Assembly (NCBI GenBank): GCA_028534125.1
Contig: CM052818.1
Location: forward strand, 41,170,001 to 41,234,000
Length of the DNA: 64,000 nucleotides
Origin: Lama glama
Taxonomy: Eukaryota
Reading direction: 5' to 3'
In this document: one piece after another, positions 11,772 to 25,415 of the stretch
How the letters are laid out: the number at the start of each line of letters is the position of its first letter
Numbering within the stretch: position 1 is the stretch's first letter
The notes under the pieces: generated by a model
What the model saw: the letters and a program-made list of their open reading frames with translations, nothing else
Told to the model about the DNA's origin: nothing
The model's database searches: none
Position numbers and translations under genes: made by a program

Positions 11772-14319
11772 GTAGGTAAATAGAGCTGTTTCCTGGAATT
11801 GAGGATTTATTGGAGGCAGTGGGAAATTTGAGTGGATTCAGACTCATCATTTGACCCATATACATTTGTTTACAGCAAGGCCTGTTGTCATCATTTTCAT
11901 AGGCCTATTGGCTTCATGTGTTCTTGTAAATTAGATTTGACTACACTGGAAACCCTAGGAGGTTCATAAAATTTTATCCGGAACTAGATTTGAGCTAGAA
12001 AAAACATCTGACACTTGTCTGTAACATCGTAAGGCAGACTATTCTTAATCCAAAGGTCCTGCCTGTCACTAGTTAGCAAATGAGTATGCTTTTTGTTTGG
12101 CAGTTAGAAAGCTCACTGAAGAACTGTCTAAAGCAGCTTCCCTTTCCGGACATCTGAGATAAATCTGAATAATTACCAAAGGCATTCCTATTCCTAATGC
12201 GGTAGTGAAGAGCTAGGTTAAAGAGCCAGCAATGCAGCTCAACTCCTGGACTGCAGGGCAGAGAGAGCCAGCCAGGCCTGGCACTAGAGGCTTCCTGAAT
12301 TATTGATGAAGGTGCTTTAGGATAGCAGATGGCTTGACCCCACTAAACTCCTAGGCTCAGGAAGAAAAGGAGCAGAATTTAGGAAACACATCAGTTGTCA
12401 AATTTCTCTGCTCTTTGGGGAAGATTTCTCATTTCTTCCTCAGAATTTTAATACTTTCACATTGGATTCAGTCAGTATTTTTATCTTCCTTGCATTTTTT
12501 TTATAAATATGACATCAATGAATATTAATATTATTCTAGTAATATAATTTAATTCCATTATTAAATGATTAAATCAATATGTTAAGTCATATTGATGCAC
12601 ATTAATATTCATACATATTTTAATAAATGTGACTTGGTTGAGGAAGTCCAGTTAATAATAACTATTGCAATTTTACAAATGAGGACATTGAAGGTCAAAA
12701 ATTTAAAAGACCTGACTGCAGGCTGTAAATGATTGGATTTCAAAGTGAATGCTCAGTTACTCACCTTGGTCAAACGGTGGTGATCTGGGGGGAAAGCTCT
12801 ACACAGGAAGACAGGAAATCTGAGTATTATTTCTAACATTACCACTTTCCAGTTTCATATCTTTGGGCAAGACACAGAATCTCTTTTATAAAATGTCGAT
12901 AATACTTGCTTTTTGTACTTCATAAAAATGTTGGAAAGATTATGTTAGAAAATGGATGTGGAAACATTTCATAAGCTAAGAAGCATTATGTAAATAAATG
13001 CAAATGTAGACAATGTTAATTACTAAATTATTCACAGATTCTCATTTCATTAATACTACTGCTTTCTATAGCTCTTTTGGGAATTTCATTGCCAGTTAGT
13101 GAAGGCTGGGGCAATTGGATGAGCTACATCTGAGACTTACTCTATTATGAGAATTCCATTGTGTGCCAGCCCTCCAGCTAGATGCTGAGAATGCGAAGGT
13201 GAATAAATGTGACCCCTGCCTTCCTGGACCTTACAGTCTGATTGAAGAAGATAATACTTACACTAAGATACATATGATACAGCTTCTATTCCAAAAATTT
13301 TAGTGACATTTTGTGAATAATGATTAAGAGCTAATCACTATGCTCTTTCCTAGATATAAAAATTAATAAGGCATAGTCTTTGTACTTGATGATCTCAACT
13401 CTAATGGGGGACACAGATAAGTCAGCAAACAGGGATAAAAACAAGCAGAGGTGAAGTGGAGGTGAACAAAGAAAAGGTTTGTAATTCAAATAGAACATAA
13501 CTTCCAGATACTATGAATCAGTTTTTCTACATGAAGAATGGGGCTAATACCTTCTTAACAAGGGTTGGAATCTCTGCACCTTTGGAAGTTTTTAAAAAAA
13601 GATTACTGTCAGGAATTAAATAAGATATATACCAAGGTTTTCAGCACAGAGTAAGGACTGAAAAATGGTGATATATTTCAAACAGAGATACATTCGAAAG
13701 TGGCAGTGTGTCTGAGGTACCAAGTGTGCCAGGTAGCATTTCTGGTTTATTGGTGGTTGACAGCATTTCCTGACACCCGTCACATAGCACTGACTTGAGT
13801 CAGCCTCACTGCAGTATTGTGTTGCCAGTAGACCAAGCTCCCAGGAACTGCATTCACATCAGAGAATAAGATGTATTTTATTAAGGGGCATGGATTTTGT
13901 ATATGGTCTTTCTATAGTTTAGACAAAACTCTAGAGTCTCCTTTGATCTTGGAAGGAAGAAAGCAGATCTCGCCATCTTTTTTTTTTTTTTTAATCTCTC
14001 CATCTTTGTCCTTGGAGAATCTTTCCTTGGGCAATGAAATGAGGACAGACTGTTATTTCAGAAGCTGGCTTTAGAAAGAACAGTCTATTAGCTGCAAAGG
14101 TCCCGAGAGCACACGGATTAGCGCACCTATTAGGAACACGGCTAAGAGAGGCTGCATTTTTTAACAGTTACAGGATGCCTACAGACAGGAAAAGCTGTAG
14201 CGTGTTCATGCTTCTTTAATTTCTAAGTAATATTCTGGAGGTTTCATTAAGTTTATTCCTAAGTAATATTGTTTGGTTTCTTTTTGCTATTGTAAATAGT
14301 TTTTATTTCAATTGTCAGT

Positions 14320-14600
14320 TGCTGGGTTACCAACTGCCTCAATATTTAGTGGCTTAAAACAACAAATTTGCCTTGTTTTTGTGTCTTGCATTTTTGGATA
14401 GTGGATAGACTTGGTTCAGTGGAGTGATTCTTACTTGAAGTTGCTCATGAGGTTGCAGGTAAATAGTGGCTGAGTCTGGAATCATTGGAAGGTTCCACTG
14501 GATTAGACATACTAAATGAATCACTCATGTGGCTGGAAGTTGACACTAACAGGTCAGCTAGGACTGTCTCCTGATGTGTAGACACATGTGGCCTCTTCAC
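14320..14600 (-). mobile_element. MaLR LTR fragment (old MLT1 type)
   Basis: ttagtggcttaaaacaacaa...tggctgagtctggaatcattggaagg...cacatgtggcctcttca. Confidence 0.65.
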
Positions 14601-15650
14601 CCTCTGATACAATCTAGAATAAGTGCGGTAAGAATAGACATCTTTTCCTTATTCCTAATGTTAGGAGGAAAAGCATTTACTATTTTATCATTGGTAATGA
14701 TGACAGGTTTAAGATTTGTGTAGATGTCTTTCCTCAGATTGAGGAAGTCTCCTCTTAGTTTGCTGAGAGTTTTGCTCATGAATGAAGGTCGAATTTTGTC
14801 AAAGCTTTTTATTTGTAACCATCACAATCGCTATAAGATTTTTCTCCTATATTCTCTTAATTGTAAATTACATTGATTTTTAAATGCCAAGCCAGCATTA
14901 CATTCCTGGGATTTGGTCATTGTGTATATCATTTTTATATATTGAGTTCAATTTGCAAACATTTTGATGAGGATTTTTGTATCTATGTTCATGAGAAAAA
15001 TTGAGATAGATTTACTTTTTCTCTATTTATTTGCTTTTTTTTCCAATTAGAGCAATACTCATAGAGTAAGCAGAGAAGTACTTTCTCCTCTTCTATTTTT
15101 TTATAATATTTTGTGTAGAATTGGCATTATATTTTCTTTAAATGCTTGGCAACATTCACCAGTGAAATCTGGGACTGATCTTTTCTTTGTAGAAGGGTTT
15201 ATAACTATAACTTAATTTAAACATAGATCTAGAGCTATTCTTGTCATCTGTTTCTCCTTGAGTGAGCTTTCGTAATTCATAGCTTTCACAGATTTGTCCA
15301 GTTGATTTGATATGAAATTTGCTGGCATAAACTTGTTCAAAATATTCCCTTATTTTAATTTTCATAGGATCTGTTGCAATATCACCTGTCTCATGCCTAG
15401 TATTGATAGATTTTCAATTTATTAATCCTTTATGTATATCACCTTTTGATTACATTAAATTTTCCCTTTTGATTTTATGTTTTCTATTTAATTGATTTTC
15501 CTACTCTTACCTTTATTACTTCTTCGGTTCTATATCTTTGGTTTAATTTTTTTTCTTTTGTAAGATTAAGATGGAAGCTTAAGTCAATAATTTGAAAATG
15601 TTTTTCTGATATTCACATTTAATATTATAAATTTATTTTTTAGTCTCTTG
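14600..15650 (-). mobile_element. Old L1 ORF2 fragment
   Basis: Decayed ORF2 peptides in the ORF track (14597-14779 'KDIYTNLKPVIITNDKIVNAFP'; 15156-15365 'IREYFEQVYASKF'). Confidence 0.8.
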
Positions 15651-15660
15651 TTATGTTCTT

Positions 15661-16471
15661 TTAAAAAATTTTTTAAAATTTTACTTATTTTTTTTGAAGT
15701 ATAGTTGATTTACAATTTTGTGTTAGTTCCAGGTGTAAAACAAAGTGATTCAGTTATACATATAAATATATATATTCTTTTTCAAGATTCTTTTCCATTA
15801 TAAGTTATTACAAGATATTGAACATAGTTCCCTGTGCTATACTGTAGATCCTTGTTATTTATCTATTTTGTATATAGTAGCATGTATATTTTAATCCTAA
15901 ATTCCTAATTTACCCTTTGCCCACACCCCTTCCCTCTTTGATAACCATACTTTGTTTTCTATATCTGTGAGTCTATTTCTGGTTTGCAAATAAGTTCATT
16001 TGTATCATTTTTTTTAGATTCCACATATATGTGATATCATATGATACTTGTCTTTCTCTGTCTGACTTCACTTAATATAGTAATCACTAGGTTCATCCAT
16101 GTTGCTGCAAATGGCATTATTTCATCCTTTTTAATGGCTGAGTAATGTTTCATTGCATATACATATACCACATTTTCTTTATCCATTCATCTGTCGATGG
16201 ACATTTAGGTTGCTTCCATGCCCTGGTTATTGTAAATAGTGCTGCTATGAACATTGGGATGCATGTGTCTTTTTAAATTAGAATTTTCTCCAGATATATG
16301 CCCAGGAGTGATTCATTTTTTATATCTGTAGCTGTAGTAGATCCTTTCTGGTAGACAGATTCCAGTCTTTTTCATTGATAGTTGTTCTGTAAATAGTTGT
16401 AATTTTGGTGTGTCCATGAGAGAATGTGATTTCAGGGTCTTTCTATTCTGCCATTTTGGGAACTCCTCCTC
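15661..16471 (-). mobile_element. L1 3' end (15661-16310) joined directly to an L1 5'-UTR start (16311-16471)
   Basis: The 3' part has gaagtatagttgatttacaat... through atatatgcccaggagtg. The 5' part reads aaaatggcagaatagaaagaccctgaaatcac...cacaccaaaattacaactatttacag on the minus strand, a typical L1 start. Confidence 0.7.
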
Positions 16472-16549
16472 CAATCCATTATTTGTATTATAGCCAGTGT
16501 GATATTTGCATAAGGCAAATCTGCTAAGTTCACTTTGCACTTCCTCCCT

Positions 16550-17520
16550 AGGTTAGCTCATCTGTTAAAACATCAATTACCAACATCACACAGATTTTAT
16601 GTATATATGTATATATTTTTTCAGAACTCAGTGCCCATTTGACATTCCTACTTATCTCTCTCAGTATCAGCTGAATTTCAGCATGCTTCAGGTTGAACTC
16701 AGTTTTCCCTAAGTCTGATGCAGAGTTCTCATCTCAGTAAATGACAGCATCGTTCACCCAGTTATATAAAATATATCATCCATCAAAGTCCCGTTATTTT
16801 GATCCATGAGTCTTCAAAACTGCTTCTTTTGCTTATTCACTGCCATCATCAGAGTTGCCATCATCTCTTTTCAGGTAAAAACTAATGTTTCCAAAGTTTC
16901 CTTGCTCCATTCTCATACTATACAAGACAGATATTTTCAGAAACCAAATTGCATCATGTCTGTCTTGTATCTCTCCTAGCGCCCAGATCAAAAACCTCCC
17001 TAGCTTCCTATTACTCACACAATGAAAACTAAAGTTCTCATCTTGTATACAAGCCCTGGATGGAAATCATCCTCCCCCTTTTCTCCAGCCTTTCCTCTCT
17101 CCATACTTTCTTGAGCTTCTGGGGCTCAGGACACTTGATCTTCTTTTGTTCTTTCAGTAAAGCCATGCAGCATCTCTACTCAAGGTCTTTATTAAAGTTT
17201 TTCCCATTGCCCGGCACTCACTTACCACTAACCTGCTTTCCTTTGTCATGAATGCTGTTCTTTTATATCTCAGAATGTTGCCACTTCTTCACAGAAACCT
17301 CACAGCACTATGCATGTCTCATTCATTGCACTAATTTGGTTGCAATATTATGTTTATGTGCTAGTTTTTATTGATGCTTGACTCTCCCATTAGATAGAAG
17401 GTGTCTCCAAGAAAAAAGATTTAGATTTTATTCATTTTTTTTAAATCCCATCATAAGGTGTCTGGCACAGTCTTTTAAGTGTTCAGTAAGCACTTGTTGA
17501 ATGAATGATTGAATAAATGC
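16550..17520 (+). mobile_element. L2 LINE including 3' terminus
   Basis: ctcagtaaatgacagcatcgttcacccagtt... and terminal ttcagtaagcacttgttgaatgaatgattgaataaat. Confidence 0.75.
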
Positions 17521-17569
17521 TAATATTAAGTGCTTACTGTGTGCCAGGCATTGTACTAATCACTCAGTG

Positions 17570-17960
17570 ACTCCGGATGAAATACAAATTCCTTAACATA
17601 AGAGCAATGCCCTTCATGATCTGGCCCCTACCTAGCACTCCAGCCACATTTCTCAATGCTTCTCAATCTCCTCTCATTTAATTCCCATCCTCTTCACTCC
17701 AGGCACACCAAACGCCTGGCAGTTCTCAAACATGTTGTACTTCCCCCTCTTGGCCTTGCATATGCTTGCTCCTATAAACCTTTCTCAGTATTCTGGAGAA
17801 ATTTTAGAATTTTGTTCTGAATTTCCCTTTTTGAAGCAAGGTCCTCTGAACTCTCTAAAGAGATTTTATGTCTCCCTGAGAGGCCCCACAGTACCCTAGT
17901 CTCACATATTTAGTAGTACTCTTTATTCTTGACTGAAGTTGAGCATTTATCTCTTGGTCT
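17570..17960 (+). mobile_element. L2 fragment
   Basis: atacaaattccttaacataagagcaatgcccttcatgatctggcccctacctag motif. Confidence 0.6.
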
Positions 17961-18644
17961 TTGTGAGATTTTGTTAGGGATTCTATCTCATCCATCATGT
18001 TGTCCCAGCAGAGTCCAGAGAACCATCGATGCTTATGCTGCTTGGACAGCTCACATCTTTCCACTAAGCCCTGTCGCACTGGAATGCACTCCAGAGATTG
18101 AAAGGGCTCCCTCTCCAGCAGGATTCTTTGGCAGGGCAAACTTGCTTGGGTCACTGGGTAACATACTGGGGTCTCTTAGTGTTCCTAGTAGAGGTCAGAA
18201 GCATGATCATAACAAATTACATATCTTCCTCACCTCTTTTTAGCCTCCTCTTTTTCCTCTTTCCTTTATGAACTCAAACAGGTCACCTGTTGCCAAATTC
18301 ATGTGTGGTCTTGCTTTCAATTAACTACTCATTCCTTCAGCCAGGATTCCTATCCAGGGCTGTCAAACCCTAACACTCATGACATTAGTTTTTATCCAAT
18401 ACCTCCACAATTGTCATGAAATTTTTCTGTTTACTTGTGCTAGTTAATTTAGTCTAGGAGTGTACATATATTTTAAGAAATATACTGAAGCTCTCAGAAT
18501 TCCAAAGATCTATAATATTCTAAAAGAGATGACATTTGAATGGCAGAATTCAAGTGTTATGTGAAAATTTTAGGGGATGTTTCAGATTGGAATGCCTCTG
18601 AACTCATTTCAAGAACTAACCCTGCCTGGGAGTCTCTTTCTGGC

Positions 18645-19060
18645 TGTGATAGCCATGGAGATGCTTCTCTCAGGGTCCTCGTTAAAAAATGACTCTTTCC
18701 TTAGCTGTGGGATGTGATTAGCTAGCTGATAGCTTCCCACTATTAGCTTTGTCAGGATACACCTTGTTGCTAGCTATGGTTATGTTATTCTCAGGCTGGA
18801 TTCTGGCTAAAGGCTGCAATACAGTGGCACAAGGGCCTAGCCATTTCTGCCCATTTTGGGATTTCTCTGGTGTGCAATTTTTGTTCTGGAGCCCCCTGTT
18901 GGGCTGGCAAAGCATCATTAGATTGGCATCTCTCTGGTAGCTCTCTCCTCTGTCCAATCCTGCTTCCTCCTTTTCCTTTCACAGATATTATTTGTCAATA
19001 GCTCTTTGCACTCTTAACTCCATATCAGTGTCTACTTCCTTGAAAACTCAGTCAGTGACA
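18645..19060 (+). mobile_element. LTR16-like ERVL solo LTR
   Basis: TGTGATAGCCATGGAGATGC...CAGTGACA termini, internal ctctgtccaatcctgcttcctccttttcctttcacaga, and a near-perfect 5-bp TSD ctggc/gtggc. Confidence 0.8.
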
Positions 19061-19776
19061 GTGGCTATAATTCCAGTGTGTGCAGCAGGTGTCTGGGTGG
19101 TATGATGGGCTAGAGGGCAAGGGTGAAGAAGTGTTGGTACTATCATTGCTTCCCTCACTTTGGATATTGACAAACAGAAATGAAGTGGAAGGCCTGTTTT
19201 GGGGAGAGGAATAGCATGGCAGACACGGGGCTGTCACTGGTTTGATTATCCTCTGGGATGTGTTGTTTTTGACCCAATTCTGGAGCTGTTGCGGAGAGAG
19301 CTGAGTCTAGAAAGGTGGTTTGAGGTCATCCTTGAATATCACGCCAAATAGTGTGGGTTTTACTCTGTAAGGAGTTACTGCCTGGAAACAAGGTCATGCT
19401 TAATGTACTTTGTGGGATTATGTGCTTTGGGCCCACATTGGGATTTGTGCATTGAATCTTTCTAAGCAGAAGCTAATTAATAAGCAAATATTTTGTATTT
19501 AAGTTTACCTTGGAAATTTGATTTTTAAATATAGGGTTAAGTGGGAGCAAAAAGCACATTTCAGGCCTTGTGGTCAGCTGAGTTAATGCCCTCTGATCCT
19601 CCTACAGCCTGTCAGCTTCCTCTCCTGAACAGAGCTCCCAGGTTCTTTAGGGATGACACGGGGCGACACTGTCACCAAATGCATACTATGTTCTAGGTGG
19701 GGTTCTTCCCTGAGCCTCTCCTTCTTCCTGCCCCGAGGAATGTAGCTGAATAAACATCCAAAAGAAGACCTGAAAC

Positions 19777-19927
19777 TAGGATTGACAGATTTAACAATAG
19801 CAACCAAAAAACCCCATAAAATATATTTAGGTACATATATATGTAACATACATATAGTGAAATATATTCCTTGTTTATCTGAAACCCAAATTTAACTAGA
19901 TACTTGGTATTTTATCTGGCAACCCTA
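19777..19927. mobile_element. MER53-like palindromic DNA-transposon MITE, partly deleted
   Basis: taggattgacagattt ... ttgtttatctgaaacccaaatttaactagatacttggtattttatctggcaacccta. Confidence 0.75.
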
Positions 19928-20149
19928 TCTGAGACATCTCATCTCTGCTCTTACCTCGGGAGTCTTGAAGAAAACCAGGCACTTGAAGGCCCTTTTCTTA
20001 CTTTTGGACTTTCTTCTGTTCCTAATTATTTCCGAAGTCAGAGTTGCTTCCCCATGTCATGCAGCCCCAAAGGCCTCCACCGAAGGTCTTCAGAACCCCC
20101 ATCCCACTCCGGGCAACTTCTGCGCCTGCACTTCCCTCAGGGCAGAACG

Positions 20150-20400
20150 ATAGCCGGGTGATTCAGAGCAGTGGGGCTGAACTCGATAGACCTGCGCTTG
20201 CACTGAGTTCTACCACTTCCTCTCCAGATGATCCTGGGCAAGTGAAGCAACCTCTTTGACTTTGAATCTCCTCATGTGGACAATAGTTTCAGTATAATAC
20301 CTACCTTTGTGTTCTGAGAGGGTTGAATGTAATAGTCCTACACCTTGTACAGCCTTGGCGGCGGTGGTGCTCAGATCACGTGAGCTGCTACTCCAGTTGT
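20150..20400 (+). mobile_element. MIR SINE
   Basis: gatcctgggcaagtgaagcaacctctttgactttgaatctcctcatgtgga core. Confidence 0.6.
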
Positions 20401-20783
20401 CCCTTTTACTTGTCTGACTCAGGACGTGGCCTCACATATGGCACACACCTGCTGCCTGTAAGTTGAATGAGCCTATGAATTTAAGCCTCTGGGGGCTGCC
20501 TGGGCCTCACTGAGGAAAATGGGTGGGATCCAGCATAGCTGGGGGGTCCAACAGACTCAGAACATTCAGACTCAGGAGGGTAGGTGTGAACACAAGGGCT
20601 GGACAAGGGTCAGGAGGAATTAGGACGAGAAGAGAAGTAACATTATAGCCGTGAAATCTAGCAAGTGGCTAGGAGGGCCTGAATGGAAGAACTGATATGG
20701 AAGACATTTCAGAAACTAGTGGTGGTCAAAGAGAAGCCAAGGCAGCAGTGGCCTCTAAAAGTGCCCAGGAGGGTCGGTCCATC

Positions 20784-20853
20784 ATGATACAAATGCTGAA
20801 TCATTATTTTGTATACGTGAAACTAATGTAATATTATATGTCAAGTTAAAAAA
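20784..20853 (+). mobile_element. Tiny 5'-truncated L1 3' end
   Basis: tgctgaatcattattttgtatacgtgaaactaatgtaatattatatgtcaa plus A tail; loose TSD gagggtcggtccatc / gaggatctgccatc. Confidence 0.55.
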
Positions 20854-22063
20854 GAGGATCTGCCATCGTCTCTTAAGTCAGTGCAAGTTGTGTGAATAAA
20901 ATAAGCCTAACTACTCGCAAATGTTTAAAGGGCCTTCCCTGGTCCCGTAGCCTTCCCCAGGGTACATTTCCTCTGCCAAGGTCACCAAATACTTTGTTAT
21001 CTCATCAGAACACTTATGAGATTGAAAGGGGCACTATTAATAGTTATGTTAACATATCAGACTTAGACTGAAACTCTCATGGGCTACCTGGGAAGTATGG
21101 TTACCCTACCTCTGGCAAGGTTCTCTCTTTTTGCAGAGGACAGAGGCTTGGTTGTCTTTTTCAAAGAGCAATCAAAACTTGAATGTAAATTTCTGACTCT
21201 CACTTATGTAATGAGGTACAGGGACTTCCAGGAGCAGGAAAGGGTTGTGATGAGCTGCCCAGACACTTGTCTAGAGGAGGCTCTATCTTGGCTGGAGAAC
21301 ACAAGGCTCCAATAATGTTCGCTATCATCTTCCTCAAGCGTTTGGCAAGTATGTGTAGGTTCCTTGTTTTTTTTACCTTTTTTACTTTACCTATGCAAGA
21401 CATTACGAAAAACAATTGAGCATGACATAAGAAAAGATATCATTTACCAGATCTTTGACCTCTAATCAGTTTACTTATCTGTAAGCCAGAGGACCAAATT
21501 TATACCATCTATATCTGTATCCTTGGTGCCTGGTACAGAACCAGAAACACATCAGAGGCTCATTAACTACTTCTTACATATATGAGTAAATTAAGAAATG
21601 TAAACGTTATCATGTGAAAAATAAGAAAATAATAAAGTTCTCTCTGGTAGTTTATTCATTCAACCAGTATTTTTAGAGTACCCCTCTATGTTATACTCAG
21701 CTCTAGGCACTGATGACACTGTCCTCATGGCTCTCAGTAGAAGTGAATTAGTTTGGGATCTGAAGAGTAATTCAATTTCCAATGTAGGAACACCAGGTAC
21801 ATGCTAGGAGTAGGAAGAGACGAGCATGGGCTGGACTAAAGCAGACTTTGTGGTACTCCTGAACTGGGCTTTATGAATGACATAAAAGGAGAAAAAGCAT
21901 CCCTGCAGGGGCATCCAAGATGAAAAGTAAATATAGCATATCTCATAGTGTGTGTAGGGCACTAAAGTAAGATCTGAGCATGCATGTTGCTAAGTTGGGA
22001 GTTTGGATTAAAAAAGTTGGCTGGGGCAAGACTTTTAATGCCGGAAAGAGTTTGGGCTTGCTG

Positions 22064-22418
22064 TGTGTTAGTTTGTGAGGGCTGTCATAACAGAATTCCA
22101 CACACTGGGTGGCTTAAGCAACAGGAATTTAATTTCTCACAGTTCTAGGGGCTGGAAGTTTAAGATCAAGGTGTCAGCAGGTTTGATTCCTTCTGAGGCT
22201 TCTCTCCTTGGCTGCCTTCTTTCTATGTCCTCACGTGGTCTTTTCCATGTTTCCAAATCTCCGCTTCTTATAAGGACAAATTGTAGTAGAGCCTCATTTT
22301 AATTTAATCACCTCTTTAAAGGACCTATCTCCAAATACAGTCACATGTTGAGTCACGTGCAGAGGTTAAGACTTCAACATACGAATTTTGGGAAAATATA
22401 ATTAAGTCCAAGACAACA
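22064..22418 (-). mobile_element. MLT1A/B-like MaLR solo LTR
   Basis: tgtgttagtttgtgagggctgtcataacagaattccacacactgggtggcttaagcaac...ctccaaatacagtcaca...gacttcaacatacgaattttggg. Confidence 0.85.
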
Positions 22419-24282
22419 TGGTAGGCCAGAGAAATCTATCAGGAATTTTTGAGCAAGGAGGTAAGATTATAAAAGTGGAGTAAGTATAATTACATCTCTA
22501 TGTGGTATTGGTAGGACGTGGGGCTATGTTAAATTAAAACCTCTGAGTTAATGAAAATTCAACTGCTGAATGTCAGCATGTGCCATCACTAGCTGCACAA
22601 CTATTAGAAAAAAAATTGCCCTCTTTGACTTATTGCTAATCATTGCAAACTCTGACCATGGTAATTTAGTCACAGTTCAAAATGCTTTTGAAAATCAATG
22701 ATTTTCTCCTTTAGCCAGCCATATTGGATAATGAATATCCTTCCCAAAGTCTCAGCTAATGAAAGTTGCTGTTTCAAATTTCAGCAAAGGAACATCATGA
22801 TTAGACAGGAACAAATGGAAAATACACATTTGAGAATACACATGGCATAACTTGGTATCTTGGTGGCAGCGTGGCATGCACTGCTTCATTCAGTTGTCTA
22901 CCTTTGTTTAATGATGACTCTTTAGCTACATTCTGTCAGTCCTTTCAAAAGTGGAATTAATTGGGCATATCTGCAAATGACTGACTTTTATTAGATTTAT
23001 TGCCTTTTTTGGCATGGAAACTTACTTTTCATTCTAAGTGAATGAAAACCTATATTACCAAGTGGTACAAATAAAATGATCATATAGTCTGTTCATTAAA
23101 ATAGAATGCATTGTTTGAAAACTTGTTTTATACTGTGACTGATGCTAAAGATATACAGATGACTGAGAAATATTACTCCTTTCAAGAAGTTCCTGGTGTG
23201 GTTTGCTACTCAAATTCTGGAGTTGTTAAGCCCTCAGTACCCAGTTTTAGCCTGGCCTTCCCAAAGATCTTTGACAACGACCTCAAAAACTAAAAACATT
23301 TTATTCTTTATGTTTAAAATCTATTTTTTGTATTAAAATACGAAATGGCACTCCCTCCATTTACATGCCAATCATTAATCTTTTAAAATTTCAGAACAAT
23401 ATTTGAGGATTACCATATTCTCACCATCACCTCCATTTGTTTATGTAGTCTAGGCTACCGCCTCCTAGTTATTTTTGACAGTTTAACTTTCTATTATGTA
23501 TTTACAATTTGGTTTTAATTACTGAGTTTAACATGAGTTTTACCCCATGGCCTTAGAAGTTGTTTCTTATAGCCACTCCAAGTATTCGAATTTATGAAAT
23601 TTGTTTTTCATTTCTATGGCACTGCTTTCTTGGATTTTTGGTGAATTTATTGCTAAGGCTAATGTGTATGTGAATGAGGAGAGGCAATTAGTGTTTTGGT
23701 TAAATCAAACTTTGGAAATTTACAAGACAGACAGAATGAATCTTGGTGTAGATGAATATATGCTTTTCTGGGTAGTCTAAAAGGAATCAAGTTTAAAGAC
23801 CGATCTGAAAGGAAGAAGAATCAGTACATTTATTGATGAACACTTATCCACTTAAACCAGATGTGCTCACTTGATTTGTTGGAACTTCAGTCTTTTGTCT
23901 TCCTGACAGTCATTAGCATCCCAAAAAAAGGTGTAGAGAACTTAAATGATCCTCATCAGGGAGTTGGGAATGCCTGTTTTTGCATATCTTGCACCTAATC
24001 AAGTTGTGAACTATTAATATACAAACAATTACCATCCACAGTAGGATTACAAAGGACCTCATTAATATATATGCTAATTATTTTCCTCTGTTGTGGTCAT
24101 AGCCCTTAACCAGGCTATAGTTGTTATACGTAAATACTGCAGGTTTTCCTGTGGCCTCTCTCCACACCACCACTGGCAGAATTGAAGGGAGAGTGGTTTT
24201 CTGTGCACTTCTGGTCAGACCTCTTTTCACTTCTCACTCCCATCCCAGGGTTCACAATTTTACCACCATCAAGATCACTCTC

Positions 24283-24680
24283 AATATTAGTCTGTGCTGC
24301 CCTCTAACATAAACCCCTAAATCTCAGAGTTTTAACAGAATAGTGTGTTTATTTCTCTCCCATATAACAGTTCAATACAGGTGGTTTCCTAGGTAGCGAT
24401 TCCAGGCTCCAGGCTGCTGCCGTCTTGCGGTGTCCCTTCAGCAGGGACTTGGGACTCTCTGCTGGATCCTTTGTATCTATAGTCTAGGTGGAGGAAGGAA
24501 GAGTAAGGAGGACTGTGGGAAGTTCATATGGTTTCCTGGAAGCAATGTGTGTTAGTTTCCCACTGTTGCTATAGCAAATAACCACAGGTTTAGTGACTTA
24601 AAATAAGACAAACTTATTATCTTAGAATTCTGGAAGTCAGAAGTCCTAAAATGGAGGTGTCAAAAGGAGAAAAATTCTGA
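24283..24680 (-). mobile_element. Two adjacent MaLR (MLT1) LTR fragments
   Basis: tattagtctgtgctgcccctctaacataaacccctaaatctcag (~24285) and tgtgttagtttcccactgttgctatagcaaataaccacaggtttagtgacttaaaa (~24548). Confidence 0.6.
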
Positions 24681-24774
24681 GACATGCTGTCTGAACTCAC
24701 TTTAAATTTATGAATCCTGACCTCAAATGGATTCTCAGTGCTATGCCCAGTAATTCTACTGCATTTCCCTTGTC

Positions 24775-24950
24775 CAGTGATTCTCAACATTTAGTATGCA
24801 TCAGAGTCACTAGTAGGCTTAACAGAACATATATTACTAGGTTTCTGATTCAGTTAGTCTGGGTGGAGCTGAAGAATTTTTATGTCTAACAAGTTTCTAG
24901 ATGCTGCTGATGCTGCTGGTCTAATGAACACACATCAAGATCCACTACCA
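24775..24950. mobile_element. MER5A-like MITE
   Basis: cagtgattctcaacatttagtatgcatcagagtcac...tctaacaagtttctagatgctgctgatgctgctggtc. Confidence 0.75.
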
Positions 24951-25063
24951 TAGTCCATTCATTCTTGCATTTTTCTAATTATTCACATCTCCTTTAAACT
25001 TACATTCCCGAAACCTCTTCTATTAGTTACACTTTCAGTTGGTGGTGACCTTGAATCCTGATT

Positions 25064-25415
25064 TAGTGCTTCTCAAACTGTGAATGGGAAGGACAATTTT
25101 TCTTTTTTTATTTCTAGTCTGTTGCTCTTTTTTGATTTCTAAATTTTAAAAATTTCCAATCTGTTACTTTTGAAAAATACTGTAAGTATTTATTCTGATG
25201 TTCAAAAAAAGAAGGAAGAGAAGAAAATAGGGACAGACAAATAAATGAACCTTACATTTTTAATATTAGATTCAACAGACATAAAACCACTGTGACAGAT
25301 TGCCATCATGCTTTCTAGACACATACTCTCAATTTTGTCCTCTTTCTCTGGGAGCCAGAAACCAATGGGTGGTGGACCACAGTGCCTGTCTGTTGGCCAC
25401 AGTCTACTTGCACTG
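25064..25415 (-). mobile_element. hAT-Charlie non-autonomous element (Charlie18a-like)
   Basis: tagtgcttctcaaact...gcactg termini; internal tattagattcaacagacataaaa...tactctcaatttt. Confidence 0.6.
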
